A DNA stretch of 64,000 nt from the NCBI GenBank assembly GCA_965235115.1, contig OZ249438.1, positions 39,494,001 through 39,558,000 on the forward strand, read 5' to 3'. The notes under the pieces are model-generated. The model worked only from the letters and a program-made list of their open reading frames with translations, did not search any database and was not told the origin of the DNA. Each line of letters opens with the position of its first letter. Position 1 is the first letter of the stretch. Below are positions 13,452 through 25,552 of the stretch, piece after piece. Made by a program: the position numbers and the translations under genes. This DNA comes from Laetmonice hystrix (taxonomy: Eukaryota).

Positions 13452-15720
13452 CCGTCAGATCGTGTGGTGAATCGTTCTCCCCAGTCAGTGGTGTCCCAGC
13501 GATCAGGGATTCCATCATGTGGTGAATCGTTCTCCCCAGTCAGTGGTGTCCCAGCGATCAGGGATTCCGTCAGATCGTGTGGTGAATCGTTCTCCCCAGC
13601 CAGTGGTGTCCCAGCGATCAGGGATTCCGTCAGATCGTGTGGTGAATCGTTCTCCCCAGTCAGTGGTGTCCCAGCGATCAGGGATTCCGTCAGATCGTGT
13701 GTGGAATCGTTCTCCCCAGCCAGTGGTGTCCCAGCGATCAGGGATTCCGTCAGATCGTGTGGTGAATCGTTCTCCCCAGCCAGTGGTGTCCCAGCGATCA
13801 GGGATTCCATCGTGTGGTGAATCGTTCTCCCCAGTCAGTGGTGTCCCAGCGATCAGGGATTCCGTCAGATAGTGTAGTGAATCGATATCCCCAGCCAGTG
13901 GTGTCCCAGCGATCAGGGATTCCGTCAGATCGTGTGGTGAATCGTTCTCCCCAGTCAGTGGTGTCCCAGCGATCAGGGATTCCGTCAGATCGTGTGGTGA
14001 ATCGTTCTCCCCAGTCAGTGGTGTCCCAGCGATCAGGGATTCCGTCAGATCGTGTGGTGAATCGTTCTCCCCAGTCAGTGGTGTCCCAGCGATCAGGGAT
14101 TCCGTCAGATCGTGTGGTGAATCGTTCTCCCCAGTCAGTGGTGTCCCAGCGATCAGGGATTCCGTCAGATCATGTGGTGAATCGTTCTCCCCAGTCAGTG
14201 GTGTCCCAGCGATCAGGGATTCCGTCAGATCGTGTGGTGAATCGTTCTCCCCAGTCAGTGGTGTCCCAGCGATCAGGGATTCCGTCAGATCGTGTGGTGA
14301 ATCGTTCTCCCCAGCCAGTGGTGTCCCAGCGATCAGGGATTCCGTCAGATCGTGTTGTGAATCGTTCTCCCCAGCCAGTGGTGTCCCAGCGATCAGGGAT
14401 TCCGTCAGATCGTGTGGTGAATCGTTCTCCCCAGTCAGTGGTGTCCCAGCGATCAGGGATTCCGTCAGATCGTGTGTTGAATCGTTCTCCCCAGCCAGTG
14501 GTGTCCCAGCGATCAGGGATTCCGTCAGATCGTGTGGTGAATCGTTCTCCCCAGTCAGTGGTGTCCCAGCGATCAGGGATTCCGTCAGATCGTGTGGTGA
14601 ATCGTTCTCCCCAGTCAGTGGTGTCCCAGCGATCAGGGATTCCGTCAGATCGTGTTGTGAATCGTTCTCCCCAGTCAGTGGTGTCCCAGCGATCAGGGAT
14701 TCCGTCAGATCGTGTGGTGAATCGTTCTCCCCAGTCAGTGGTGTCCCAGCGATCAGGGATTCCGTCAGATCGTGTGTTGAATCGTTCTCCCCAGCCAGTG
14801 GTGTCCCAGCGATCAGGGATTCCGTCAGATCGTGTGGTGAATCGTTCTCCCCAGTCAGTGGTGTCCCAGCGATCAGGGATTCCGTCAGATCGTGTGGTGA
14901 ATCGTTCTCCCCAGTCAGTGGTGTCCCAGCGATCAGGGATTCCGTCAGATCGTGTGGTGAATCGTTCTCCCCAGTCAGTGGTGTCCCAGCGATCAGGGAT
15001 TCCGTCAGATCGTGTGGTGAATCGTTCTCCCAGGCCAGTGGTGTCCCAGCGATCAGGGATTCCGTCAGATCGTGTGGTGAATCGTTCTCCCCAGTCAGTG
15101 GTGTCCCAGCGATCAGGGATTCCGTCAGATCATGTGGTGAATCGTTCTCCCCAGTCAGTGGTGTCCCAGCGATCAGGGATTCCGTCAGATCGTGTGGTGA
15201 ATCGTTCTCCCCAGCCAGTGGTGTCCCAGCGATCAGGGATTCCGTCAGATCGTGTGGTGAATCGTTCTCCCCAGCCAGTGGTGTCCCAGCAATCAGGGAT
15301 TCCGTCAGATCGTGTGGTGAATCGTTCTCCCCAGCCAGTGGTGTCCCGGCGATCAGGGATCCCGTCAGATCGTGTGTGGAATCGTTCTCCCCAGCCAGTG
15401 GTGTCCCAGCGATCAGGGATTCCGTCAGATCGTGTGGTGAATCGTTCTCCCCAGTCAGTGGTGTCCCAGCGATCAGGGATTCCGTCAGATCGTGTGGTGA
15501 ATCGTTCTCCCCAGCCAGTGGTGTCCCAGTGATCAGGGATTCCGTCAGATCGTGTGGTGAATCGTTCTCCCCAGTCAGTGGTGTCCCAGCGATCAGGGAT
15601 TCCGTCAGATCGTGTGGTGAATCGTTCTCCCCAGTCAGTGGTGTCCCAGCGATCAGGGATTCCATCGTGTGGTGAATCGTTCTCCCAGGCCAGCAGTAAT
15701 GCCCCAGCGATCAGGGATTC
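13452..15720. repeat. 60-bp minisatellite, ~38 copies
   Basis: Near-identical consecutive 60-nt lines: tccgtcagatcgtgtggtgaatcgttctccccagtcagtggtgtcccagcgatcagggat. Confidence 0.98.
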
Positions 15721-15754
15721 TGGGAAACATGCTTCAGGGCCTTGATCAGACTAA

Positions 15755-15936
15755 AGGCCGGTTTATAGTCCGTCGGCCGACCATCGGCCGACCATCGCTG
15801 AACGTTTATAGTTCAGCGATCCGGCCGTCGTCCGACCGATCGCTGAGAGTTAAGCCTGCGTGAACTTTGACCTGACGTCGAGCGATGGTCGGCCGATGGT
15901 CGGCCGATGGTCGGTCGACGGACTATAAACCGGCCT
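15755..15936. mobile_element. PIF/Harbinger-type MITE (182 bp)
   Basis: TIR AGGCCGGTTTATAGTCCGTCG...CGACGGACTATAAACCGGCCT extending into ccgaccatcgg repeats; TAA duplicated at 15752-54 and 15937-39. Confidence 0.85.
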
Positions 15937-16831
15937 TAAAGCAAGGGAAAATACTGCACTCTGATTGGTTGAAAATGCTTGCAAATTGCAAATAAGGTCG
16001 TCGGCCAGCAGCAACATAAGGCAACATAACGACATATATCATCTTCGTTCATTTTTTCTCTTTCATTACATTGTCCGTCTTTTTGCATCGATTGATTGTC
16101 TAATAATATAATATTATGATTTTCTTTAAGATACTTTGTTGTGCATACTGGTATTATTAACACAGTAGAGACCACCTGGCCCTGATTTGCACGCTCCTCG
16201 ATAACATATGGTCAGGGAGGTGCTATTGGGTAAAAGTTACCATCTATAACCCGTCAATATATATAGCCGCAGTATCCGCGCCGGTCACCTTGGTAGGTCA
16301 CTTGTTGAACAACTCTGGACGATATGAACGGTGGTACAGACAAGAACCCAGCCCTACATGCGGCAGAACGTTTAGGATGGCAGGCAGGAGCCATCCAAGG
16401 TTTGCTGACGTGTGATGTCTGCGAGGTTGCCGGGAGATGGCGTCTTGTTGTGAAACCAGCCAGGTCTGGACACCCCCAGCCAATTTACAGCGGCCGACAC
16501 GTGTGAATCTGCCGGCGTGTATATTGTATGAGATGCCAGCCCCTCTCATATCCCATGAGATGACACAGCTACTCTGTCTACAGACTCGCCTTTCACACAC
16601 CATGAGCTAGACACGCTCACTGCTTGTCGACTTAGGCTTATTCTTTGTGGCTTTGTTACCAAAGCAGGTCTGATTTCCCAAGGCTGGGTTATGGATACCC
16701 GAGGAGGATACCCGATGTAAATAATTATAACACGCCCTCCCACCCATTTCTGTAAATCAGTGATTAGCTTTAGTTTACATAATATTATCTTTTCTTAAAG
16801 GGGCACGCCTTTCAGCATGGGTTCAGCATGT

Positions 16832-19279
16832 GGTCGATTCTCATGAGTCGTCGTCATTTGGGAATTTTGGCTTCTAGACCAAATAAATCGTCAGCAATAC
16901 CATATATGTGTATTGTTATTCTCTAATCCGATCAAACTCGTCGAGATCTTCAAAGGGATATATACTTTGCCCTACCTGTGGCCAATAATAAAAATGTTAT
17001 GATCAAAAAACCACCCAAATATGGCACTTTTTTGCCAAAAGAACAACAAAATCAACTAAGTTCCTATGAATACAAAATAATAGAAAGGTTGTGTGGGTAT
17101 TTCTTGTTATTTTTATATTGAGGAGGCATCACCGATATGTTCTATGCGAATTATTAATATTATATAGCAATATGTATCTTTGTCAGTGACCACAATCTTT
17201 GGTATATCTCAGCCGTAGAAACGAGAAACGCCCAAACAAGGCTTTGATATTATTAATTAAAAATAACATAATAGGGCAGTAATATTGTGTAGCATAAAGA
17301 GTAATACCTCTACCTATATGAGCATAAAGAAATAAGAGCCAGGTCCTCACACACTGGACAGCAGTAGGGATAACATGTCACAAAGTCAGTTTGGGGAACT
17401 TTTAGCATAGATACGAGAAACGCCCAACTTTATAGGGTATTTACGATACCTATTATATTTAACTATTTTCTTTATAGGATTAAATAACCGTGCCAAAAAC
17501 GGAAATATATATTAGTATATCAAGAATTATTGCTGGGTTGTATAAGCGCTGAGAGGCTAAAACCATTGGCATAGATGCGAGAAACGCCGTAGAAACGAGA
17601 AACGCCCAGTGGCCAGTTTAGGAATTAAAGGCATAGGGGGGCCACAATTGCCATCGAGTGAGGATGGGTTGAAACAACCGTGCACAACCTCGCCAGTGGA
17701 TGACGACATGGCCAGAGCCAGAAGTACAAACTCGGTCAGAATTTTGAATTTATGGCAGAATATGATAAATCAAAGATACTTCGTTAGAACTATGTAGGCC
17801 TAATATTAACTTTATAGACTCCTGTGGCACAAGCGGTAATGGTATTTAAGTGATTTTTTAAACAAAGAACCGACCACTAACGTCCCAGCATCGTCCAGTC
17901 CAGCGTACGTCATGCCTTTGGGTCAAGTACATTTGATATTTTACCGTCGTATAGATCTGTTCAAAGTGGGCGTTTCACGTTTCTATGGTCTCCTATCCAT
18001 ATAGTTACATGATGTATATAAGGTGTGTTCAGTCACAGAGCGAGTATGAAAGTAAAGGATAAGGGTAGTGATGATGATGTGCCATTATCAGAGCTGTTCC
18101 CAATTAAAACCATGCAAGAGACAAAGCAAGAGGCGCATCAAGAGGAAGGCCAGGAGATGCATGGGATTCAAGAAGCAGAGACAGATAGACACCAATAGGA
18201 GCAGGAAGGGACAGACCAGAAGATGAAGGATAAAGAGGCAGACACAGACCAAGGCGATGATGACACCTTGAACAAGGATGACATAATTATGTCTATACCT
18301 TTTAACACAGTTGCAAAAAGATTTAATGTTTGGATCATGAAGAACTGTATTACAACAGCGTAGAGTCTATATGGGTAGAAACGAGAAACGCCTTATTTAT
18401 AGAGAATAAAACGTACAGAATGATTAAGATCTCCATTTTCTTTGACTGCAGTAGGGTGATAATGTAGAAATATCTATTTTGACAAAATAAGGAATTATCT
18501 GAAGTCTTGAGCTGAATTTAGGAAGGAACACCGCCTTTTCCTTATATCTTGAACAAGATATGACGGGACAGCAAGAGATATATGACCCAAAAGAAAGAAT
18601 AATGTGTTGATTACATCATTTCATACAATAATAGATGATACATATAGGTTAATCATGACGTAGTAGTTACACGGAAATTCATAGGTTCTACAATCCCTGT
18701 ATTATAGCCGTCGGCGTAGATACGAGAAACGCCCTTACCATCGTCTACTATACAAAACCTATAAGATATTGTCTCACCATCCTTCAAGCATTGTAAATAT
18801 ATGCTCTTACAAAAGGCATATCTATATCTAGGACTGGTATATCTTCTATATTGAAGGAACTACCTTATTTGATAAGAAGAGATGTAGAGAATATCATGGG
18901 ACACAGGTATATGAACAATTTTCATCACCTCAGATATATATAAAAAGTATATGACTTCAAGATAAAAATATATAAAACAGGTGCAGTAGGTCCCATGTAT
19001 TAGGAAAAGCAAAAAAGAAGTATAAGAACCGGATTATTTTTCCTCACGACTCGGGTTAATCTATGGAGATATAGGGCGTTTCTCGTTTCTATGAGGGTAC
19101 CAGACAACACTATTTTGGCCCTGTTGCCATTCAAAGACTTTTCATATTTAACCTACCCGGCGTTACCTGCATATGCCCCACCCCCTCTAGTATATGTACG
19201 CAAAAGGATTTAATTATAGTCCCAAATTTTTTTAACTGCCCCTCCCAGGTCAAATGACGACGACTCGTGAGAATCGACC
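16832..19279. mobile_element. Unclassified non-autonomous TIR DNA transposon (2,448 bp) with 8 internal 18-bp motifs
   Basis: 29-bp TIRs GGTCGATTCTCA(T/C)GAGTCGTCGTCATTTG at 16832-16860 and 19251-19279 (1 mismatch); ATGT on both flanks (16828-31, 19280-83). Confidence 0.85.
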
Positions 19280-19345
19280 ATGTTCGCATTTTCAATTTGT
19301 GATGGGGCACTGCGGTATAACAAAAGAACCCACGCCCAGAGTGTA

Positions 19346-19873
19346 AATAGACTGTGGCCTCAAGGTAAAACTAGAGGTGGTTAAGATAGGAGAATAGACT
19401 GTGGCCTCAAGGTAAAACTAGAGGTGGTTAAGATAGGAGAATAGACTGTGGCCTCAAGGTAAAACTAGAGGTGGTTAAGATATGATAATAGACTGTGGCC
19501 TCAAGGTAAAACTAGAGGTGGTTGAGATAGGAGAATAGACTGTGGCCTCAAGGTAAAACTAGAGGTGGCTAAGATAGGAGAATAGACTGTCGCTTCAAGG
19601 TAAAACTAGAGGTGGTTGAGATAGGAGAATAGACTGTGGCCTCAAGGTAAAACTAGAGGTGGCTAAGATAGGAGAATAGACTGTGGCCTCAAGGTAAAAC
19701 TAGAGGTGGTTAAGATAGGAGAATAGACTGTGGCCTCAAGGTAAAACTAGAGGTGGTTAAGATATGATATTAGACTGTGGCCTCAAGGTAAAACTAGAGG
19801 TGGTTGAGATAGGAGAATAGACTGTGGCCTCAAGGTAAAACTAGAGGTGGTTAAGATAGGAGAATAGACTGTC
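19346..19873. repeat. 47-bp minisatellite, ~11 copies
   Basis: aatagactgtggcctcaaggtaaaactagaggtggttaagataggag at 19346 and 19393. Confidence 0.95.
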
Positions 19874-21140
19874 ACGTTGAGAGACTCGTTCAGATTTGAT
19901 TTATTTATTGCATTAAGAAAAGAAATGGTTCTACTTCTGATAAGCGTTGCATTTAAATTCTCGGGTAATGGGCTTGGACATCCTTGGTGTGTCGCATGAA
20001 ATTTCTGGTAATTCCATTGGAGTGCGGTATTAATAAATATTAAAATCGCTCCGGGTAAAAACTCGATAAAAAAAGAACGACTTAGCGGTGAATTTGAAGA
20101 CAAGCATGCTGTGAGGAATGGCTAGCGGCTGTGTTTTGTTGCCTTACATGGTTAATGTTTAGTTACGACACGCAGTTGTTCCAATCTCGGGAGGAACTCA
20201 TCATCTCTCATCCTTTTCGTCATTGTTATAACTTGAACCGGCTGTAAGAAAATCAAGTTAGCCCGAGGCGTCGCTCGGATGGCTGGGTGAAATGGCCAAA
20301 TTGATGCTGTATGAGATTTAATTGTGCGGGCCAGCGGTGCGGGCTATCAGTTCGGTGACCGGCCAAGACAAGCGTGCTGGTGCCGTGGGTCGGTAGGCGG
20401 GTGGCCAGCGTTGGATCCCCGCCCGAGCTGCCTCTACCCCAGCTGGAGAGATTACCACCCATTTCTGGGCCCAGATACTTAGATATAACCACGCGGCCTG
20501 GTCGAGAAATACGCCTTATCAGACGACGTCCGTGACGGGATTATAGGAACAAGGCCGCGAGATAAGGATGACCTTTGGCTGCGGGATCAACATAAAGCTT
20601 CAAACCCGAGTCTCAGAGTTATACGATAATGCTGGAAAAAAATGGGTGACCTCCAGCAGCAGCGGGCTGGCTAGTCAAAGCTATCGCACCATGGACAATC
20701 TACTACCTTGATACAGATCACGATAAGACTTGTTTCTTAGAGAACAAAATAAAACCATCGGAGTCGAGACTTGGTGAAGATTGAGGAGGGGATAATTTCT
20801 CTTGCTGGAAGCAGCCCTATGTCAGCGCTGATATTTGTATACATTTGACATGCTTGGCGTGGTAGTGGCAGGGAGGGTGCCACCATTTGGGCCAGTTCCT
20901 CCAGGGGCGCGTAGAAGCCGTGCTGAGAGCGGCTCCAGCAGTCGTCTTACCGCCAGGAGGAGGGGAGGAGGAGGAGGAGGCCTGCAGCAGGATGCCGAGT
21001 CTCCTGGAGCTCACACAGAAAGGCTGGCACGCGCCGATGCCGGTGGATATTGCGGGGCAAATTGATCTATTTGTCATGGGCCTTTCACAGTATATGTGGC
21101 GACGGCCGGTCGTGGTAGGGGAATGCTGAGTGGTGTGATG

Positions 21141-21283
21141 NNNNNNNNNNNNNNNNNNNNNNNNNNNNNNNNNNNNNNNNNNNNNNNNNNNNNNNNNNNN
21201 NNNNNNNNNNNNNNNNNNNNNNNNNNNNNNNNNNNNNNNNNNNNNNNNNNNNNNNNNNNNNNNNNNNNNNNNNNNNNNNNNNN
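21141..21283. other. Assembly gap (143 N)
   Basis: Run of N. Confidence 1.
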
Positions 21284-21470
21284 CCATCAGTGGGGTGGGC
21301 AGGGGATTCATTCAGAGAATACAGTAGATTGGGGTGCTGGCAGGTCCCCACCACTAGCCGCTGCTAAGAGTATACAGTCTACTTTAGCCATGGCACTATG
21401 AATCTGACCTCTCCGGAGAGTCACACACTGGAGACCGTTCCGGAATCTCTTTACATTCCACGTCGTCCCT

Positions 21471-22705
21471 GGAGGACTATCCTCCATACAGGATACTCCC
21501 GGCCAGTGCCAACCGTGTCTGGAGCACTGTCCTCCATACAGGATACTCCCGGCCAGTGCCAACCGTGTCTAGAGCACTGTCCTCCATACAGGATACTCCC
21601 GGCCAGTGCCAACCGTGTCTGGAGCACTGTCCTCCATACAGGATACTCCCGGCCAGTGCCAACCGTGTCTGGAGCACTGTCCTCCATACAGAATACTCCC
21701 GGCCAGTGCCAACCGTGTCTAGAGCACTGTCCTCCATACAGGATACTCCCGGCCAGTGCCAACCGTGTCTGGAGCACTGTCCTCCATACAGGATACTCCC
21801 GGCCAGTGCCAACCGTGTCTGGAGCACTGTCCTCCATACAGAATACTCCCGGCCAGTGCCAACCGTGTCTAGAGCACTGTCCTCCATACATGATACTCCC
21901 GGCCAGTGCCAACCTCTGGAGCACTGTCCCCCATACAGGATACTCCCGGCCAGTGCCAACCGTGTCTAGAGCACTGTCCTCCATACATGATACTCCCGGC
22001 CAGTGCCAACCTCTGGAGCACTGTCCCCCATACAGGATACTCCCGGCCAGTGCCAACCGTGTCTAGAGCACTGTCCTCCATTCAGGATACTCCCGGCCAG
22101 TGCCAACCTCTGGAGCACTGTCCCCCATACAGGATACTCCCGGCCAGTGCCAACCGTGTCTGGAGCACTGTCCTCCATACAGGATACTCCCGGCCAGTGC
22201 CAACCGTGTCTAGAGCACTGTCCTCCATTCAGGATACTCCCAGCCAGTGCCAACCGTGTCTGGAGCACTGTCCTCCATACAGAATACTCCCGGCCAGTGC
22301 CAACCGTGTCTGAAGCAATGTCCTCCGTACAGAATACTCCCGGCCAGTGCCAACCGTGTCTAGAGCACTGTCCTCCATACATGATACTCCCGGCCAGTGC
22401 CAACCTCTGGAGCACTGTCCCCCATACAGGATACTCCCGGCCAGTGCCAACCGTGTCTAGAGCACTGTCCTCCATACATGATACTCCCGGCCAGTGCCAA
22501 CCGTGTCTGGAGCACTGTCCTCCATACAGGATACTCCCGGCCAGTGCCAACCGTGTCTGGAACACTGTCCTCCATACAGGATACTCCCGGCCAGTGCCAA
22601 CCGTGTCTGGAACACTGTCCTCCATACAGGATACTCCCGGCCAGTGCCAACCGTGGTGGAACACTGTCCTCCATACAGGATACTCCCGGCCAGTGCCAAC
22701 CGTGT
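21471..22705. repeat. 50/47-bp minisatellite, ~25 copies
   Basis: cctccatacaggatactcccggccagtgccaaccgtgtctggagcactgt at 21481 and 21531. Confidence 0.96.
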
Positions 22706-23416
22706 GCCGCTGTCAAAACGTTGGCCGACAAGTATCCATGAGACAATCACATTTTGGTAATCCCAGGTCGGTGGGCTCGGCGCTACATCTATCAGGATTC
22801 CTCCTTTCATCCCCCTGGAACATACTTCAGCTTAATGACAAGAGCTTCTGTCAAACCCGTCAGCGAATGGAAACACAACAAATGTGGATTTGATCACTGA
22901 ATGAATAACTACTTTGATCGACACGACCCCAATCAGAAACTGCTTCATAACCGCAACTATGCTGAAAACAAAGGGAGACGTGTGAAATCTTTCTATATCC
23001 GTCCGTTCCATGGGGCTCAAAGACAGTGCACCCCCGGGTAAGCTGCGTCCCCGGAATGAGGGTTTGTCTGACTGGGCCGACGTGACGTGCTCTTCCTAAC
23101 GGCGACTCTAATCCCGTCGTTGATTCGTCACAGCCAGTGTGAAGAGCGGCCATCAAACAGTTCATTTGTCGAGTCTAAAGACCATGTGCGTCAATCCCAC
23201 GATCTAAGGTTGTTAGCCAGCAGCAGTAGCCTCGAACTGTGGACTTTAGGCTTGCAGCCAGTGGAGAACTCCGTATTTATCAAAGGCCGCGGTCGACACC
23301 GGAACCCCAATACATCGACCTCCGGGCAGGCAGTGTTGATCTACCGCCGGTTTGAAGCTGATAGAACCTCTCCAAGTGAGGGGTATACAATCACAGGCAC
23401 AACACCCTGGGAACAC

Positions 23417-24950
23417 TGGGTTCAGTGGGTCCTCAATATCTGGGCGGAGACCGGGTTCAGTTGGTCTTCAATATCTGAGCGGAGACCGGGTTCAGTTGGT
23501 CTTCAATATCTGAGCGGAGACCGGGTTCAGTGGGTCTTCAATATCTGAGCGAATACCTACCGGGTTCAGTTGGTCTTCAATATCTGAGCGGAGACCGGGT
23601 TCAGTTGGTCTTCAATATCTGAGCGGAGACCGGGTTCAGTGGGTCTTCAATATCTGAGCGGAGACCGGCTTCAGTGGGTCTTCAATATCTGAGCGGAGAC
23701 CGGGTTTAGTGGGTCTTCAATATCTGAGCGAATACCTACCGGGTTCAGTTGGTCCTCAATATCTGAGCGGAGACCGGGTTCAGTGGGTCTTCAATATCTG
23801 AGCGGAGACCGGGTTCAGTGGGTCTTCAATATCTGAGCGGAGACCGGGTTCAGTGGGTCTTCAATATCTGAGCGGAGACCGGGTTCAGTGGGTCTTCAAT
23901 ATCTGAGCGGAGACCGGGTTCAGTGGGTCTTCAATATCTGAGCGGAGACCGGGTTCAGTGGGTCTTCAATATCTGAGCGAATACCTACCGGGTTCAGTGG
24001 GTCCTCAATATCTGAGCGGAGACCGGGTTCAGTGGGTCTTCAATATCTGAGCGGAGACTGGGTTCAGTGGGTCTTCAATATCTGAGCGGAGACCGGGTTC
24101 AGTGGGTCTTCAATATCTGAGCGGAGACTGGGTTCAGTGGGCCTTCAATATCTGAGCGAATACCTACCGGGTTCAGTTGGTCCTCAATATCTGAGCGAAT
24201 ACCTACCGGGTTCAGTGGGTCTTCAATATCTGAGCGGAGACAGGGTTCAGTGGGTCTTCAATATCTGAGCGGAGACCGGGTTCAGTGGGTCCTCAATATC
24301 TGAGCGGAGACTGGGTTCAGTGGGTCTTCAATATCTGAACGAATACCTACCGGGTTCAGTGGGTCTTCAATATCTGAGCGGAGACAGGGTTCAGTGGGTC
24401 TTCAATATCTGAGCGGAGACCGGGTTCAGTGGGTCCTCAATATCTGAGCGGAGACTGGGTTCAGTGGGTCTTCAATATCTGAGCGGAGACCGGGTTTAGT
24501 GGGTCCTCAATATCTGAACGAATACCTACCGGGTTCAGTGGGTCTTCAATATCTGAGCGGAGACTGGGTTCAGTGGGTCTTCAATATCTGAGCGAATACC
24601 TACCGGGTTCAGTGGGTCCTCAATATCTGAGCGGAGACCGGGTTCAGTGGGCCTTCAATATCTGAGCGGATACCTACCGGGTTCAGTGGGTCCTCAATAT
24701 CTGAGCGAAGACCGGGTTCAGTGGGTCTTCAATATCTGAGCGGAGACCGGCTTCAGTGGGTCTTCAATATCTGAGCGGAGACCGGGTTTAGTGGGTCTTC
24801 AATATCTGAGCGAATACCTACCGGGTTCAGTGGGTCCTCAATATCTGAGCGAAGACCGGGTTTAGTTGGTCTTCAATATCTGAGCGGAGACTGGGTTCAC
24901 TTGGTCCTCAATATCTGAGCGGAGACCGGGTTCAGTGGGCCTTCAATATC
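23417..24950. repeat. 35/39-bp minisatellite, ~43 copies
   Basis: ccgggttcagtgggtcttcaatatctgagcggaga, with a gaataccta variant. Confidence 0.96.
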
Positions 24951-24986
24951 TCCACCCAGCCTGGGTATATTCCGGACCTGGTATAA

Positions 24987-25143
24987 ATTTACAAGCTCAC
25001 AAACCTATTGAAGTCTGCCATTATTTAATTTACAAGCTCACAATCCTATTGAAGTCTGCCATTATTTAATGTACAAGCTCACAAACCTATTGAAGTCTGC
25101 CATTATTTAATTTACAAGCTCACAATCCTATTGAAGTCTGCCA
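24987..25143. repeat. 41-bp tandem repeat, ~4 copies
   Basis: acaagctcacaaacctattgaagtctgccattatttaattt. Confidence 0.9.
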
Positions 25144-25552
25144 TTTTTTAAGGTTTTGACCACTCGTGTCTGTAGATGGCCAAAAAAGGATTAGGCCAAA
25201 CCATTAGGCCTATTTGAAAAGCTTCCTTCTGCAGCACCATTACCAAGTTATGTTAGGTGCAGATAGGCCGGAAATGTCCCACTCACGGTTTAAAAGATTT
25301 AAAGAGACTCATAAGATATTCTTTAAAATGTAAGATTGGGAATCTTTATCCTAAAAGCTCTGCTCGAAAGATTATAAGCCATGCCACACATGAATAAGTA
25401 ATAGTATTCTGTTTACAGGTATTCAGTGTGTCACAGCTATGAAGGATTCTCACTGATTCCCAGTGTTGTATTATTTAGCACTTCGGAAACCGTCATAATG
25501 TTTCCTACATGTTAAGTCTTCCATCTTACGAACCAGCAGCCCTGAATTATGT

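Noticed and set aside
13515-15665. 716-aa (-) and 572-aa (+) ORFs, the former superficially like a repetitive ice-nucleation or mucin protein
   Set aside because: These are stop-free frames of the 60-bp minisatellite. Unit variants change amino acids (T/A, P/T, P/Q, G/W) with no evident synonymous bias, and there is no unique N- or C-terminal domain.
17216-19091. CRISPR-like interpretation of the 18-bp motif with unique spacers
   Set aside because: Eukaryotic intron, spacers 0-400 nt and irregular, both orientations, no cas genes.
21398-22893. Cys/Pro-rich ORFs of 200-296 aa
   Set aside because: Translation of the 50-bp array cycling through frames; artefact.
25400-25430. Other AG|GT junctions (25418, also 2762, 59485, 61968)
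   Set aside because: The donor halves are weak (GTATTC, GTTGTG, GTACTA, GTCAGG); expected by chance in a long intron.
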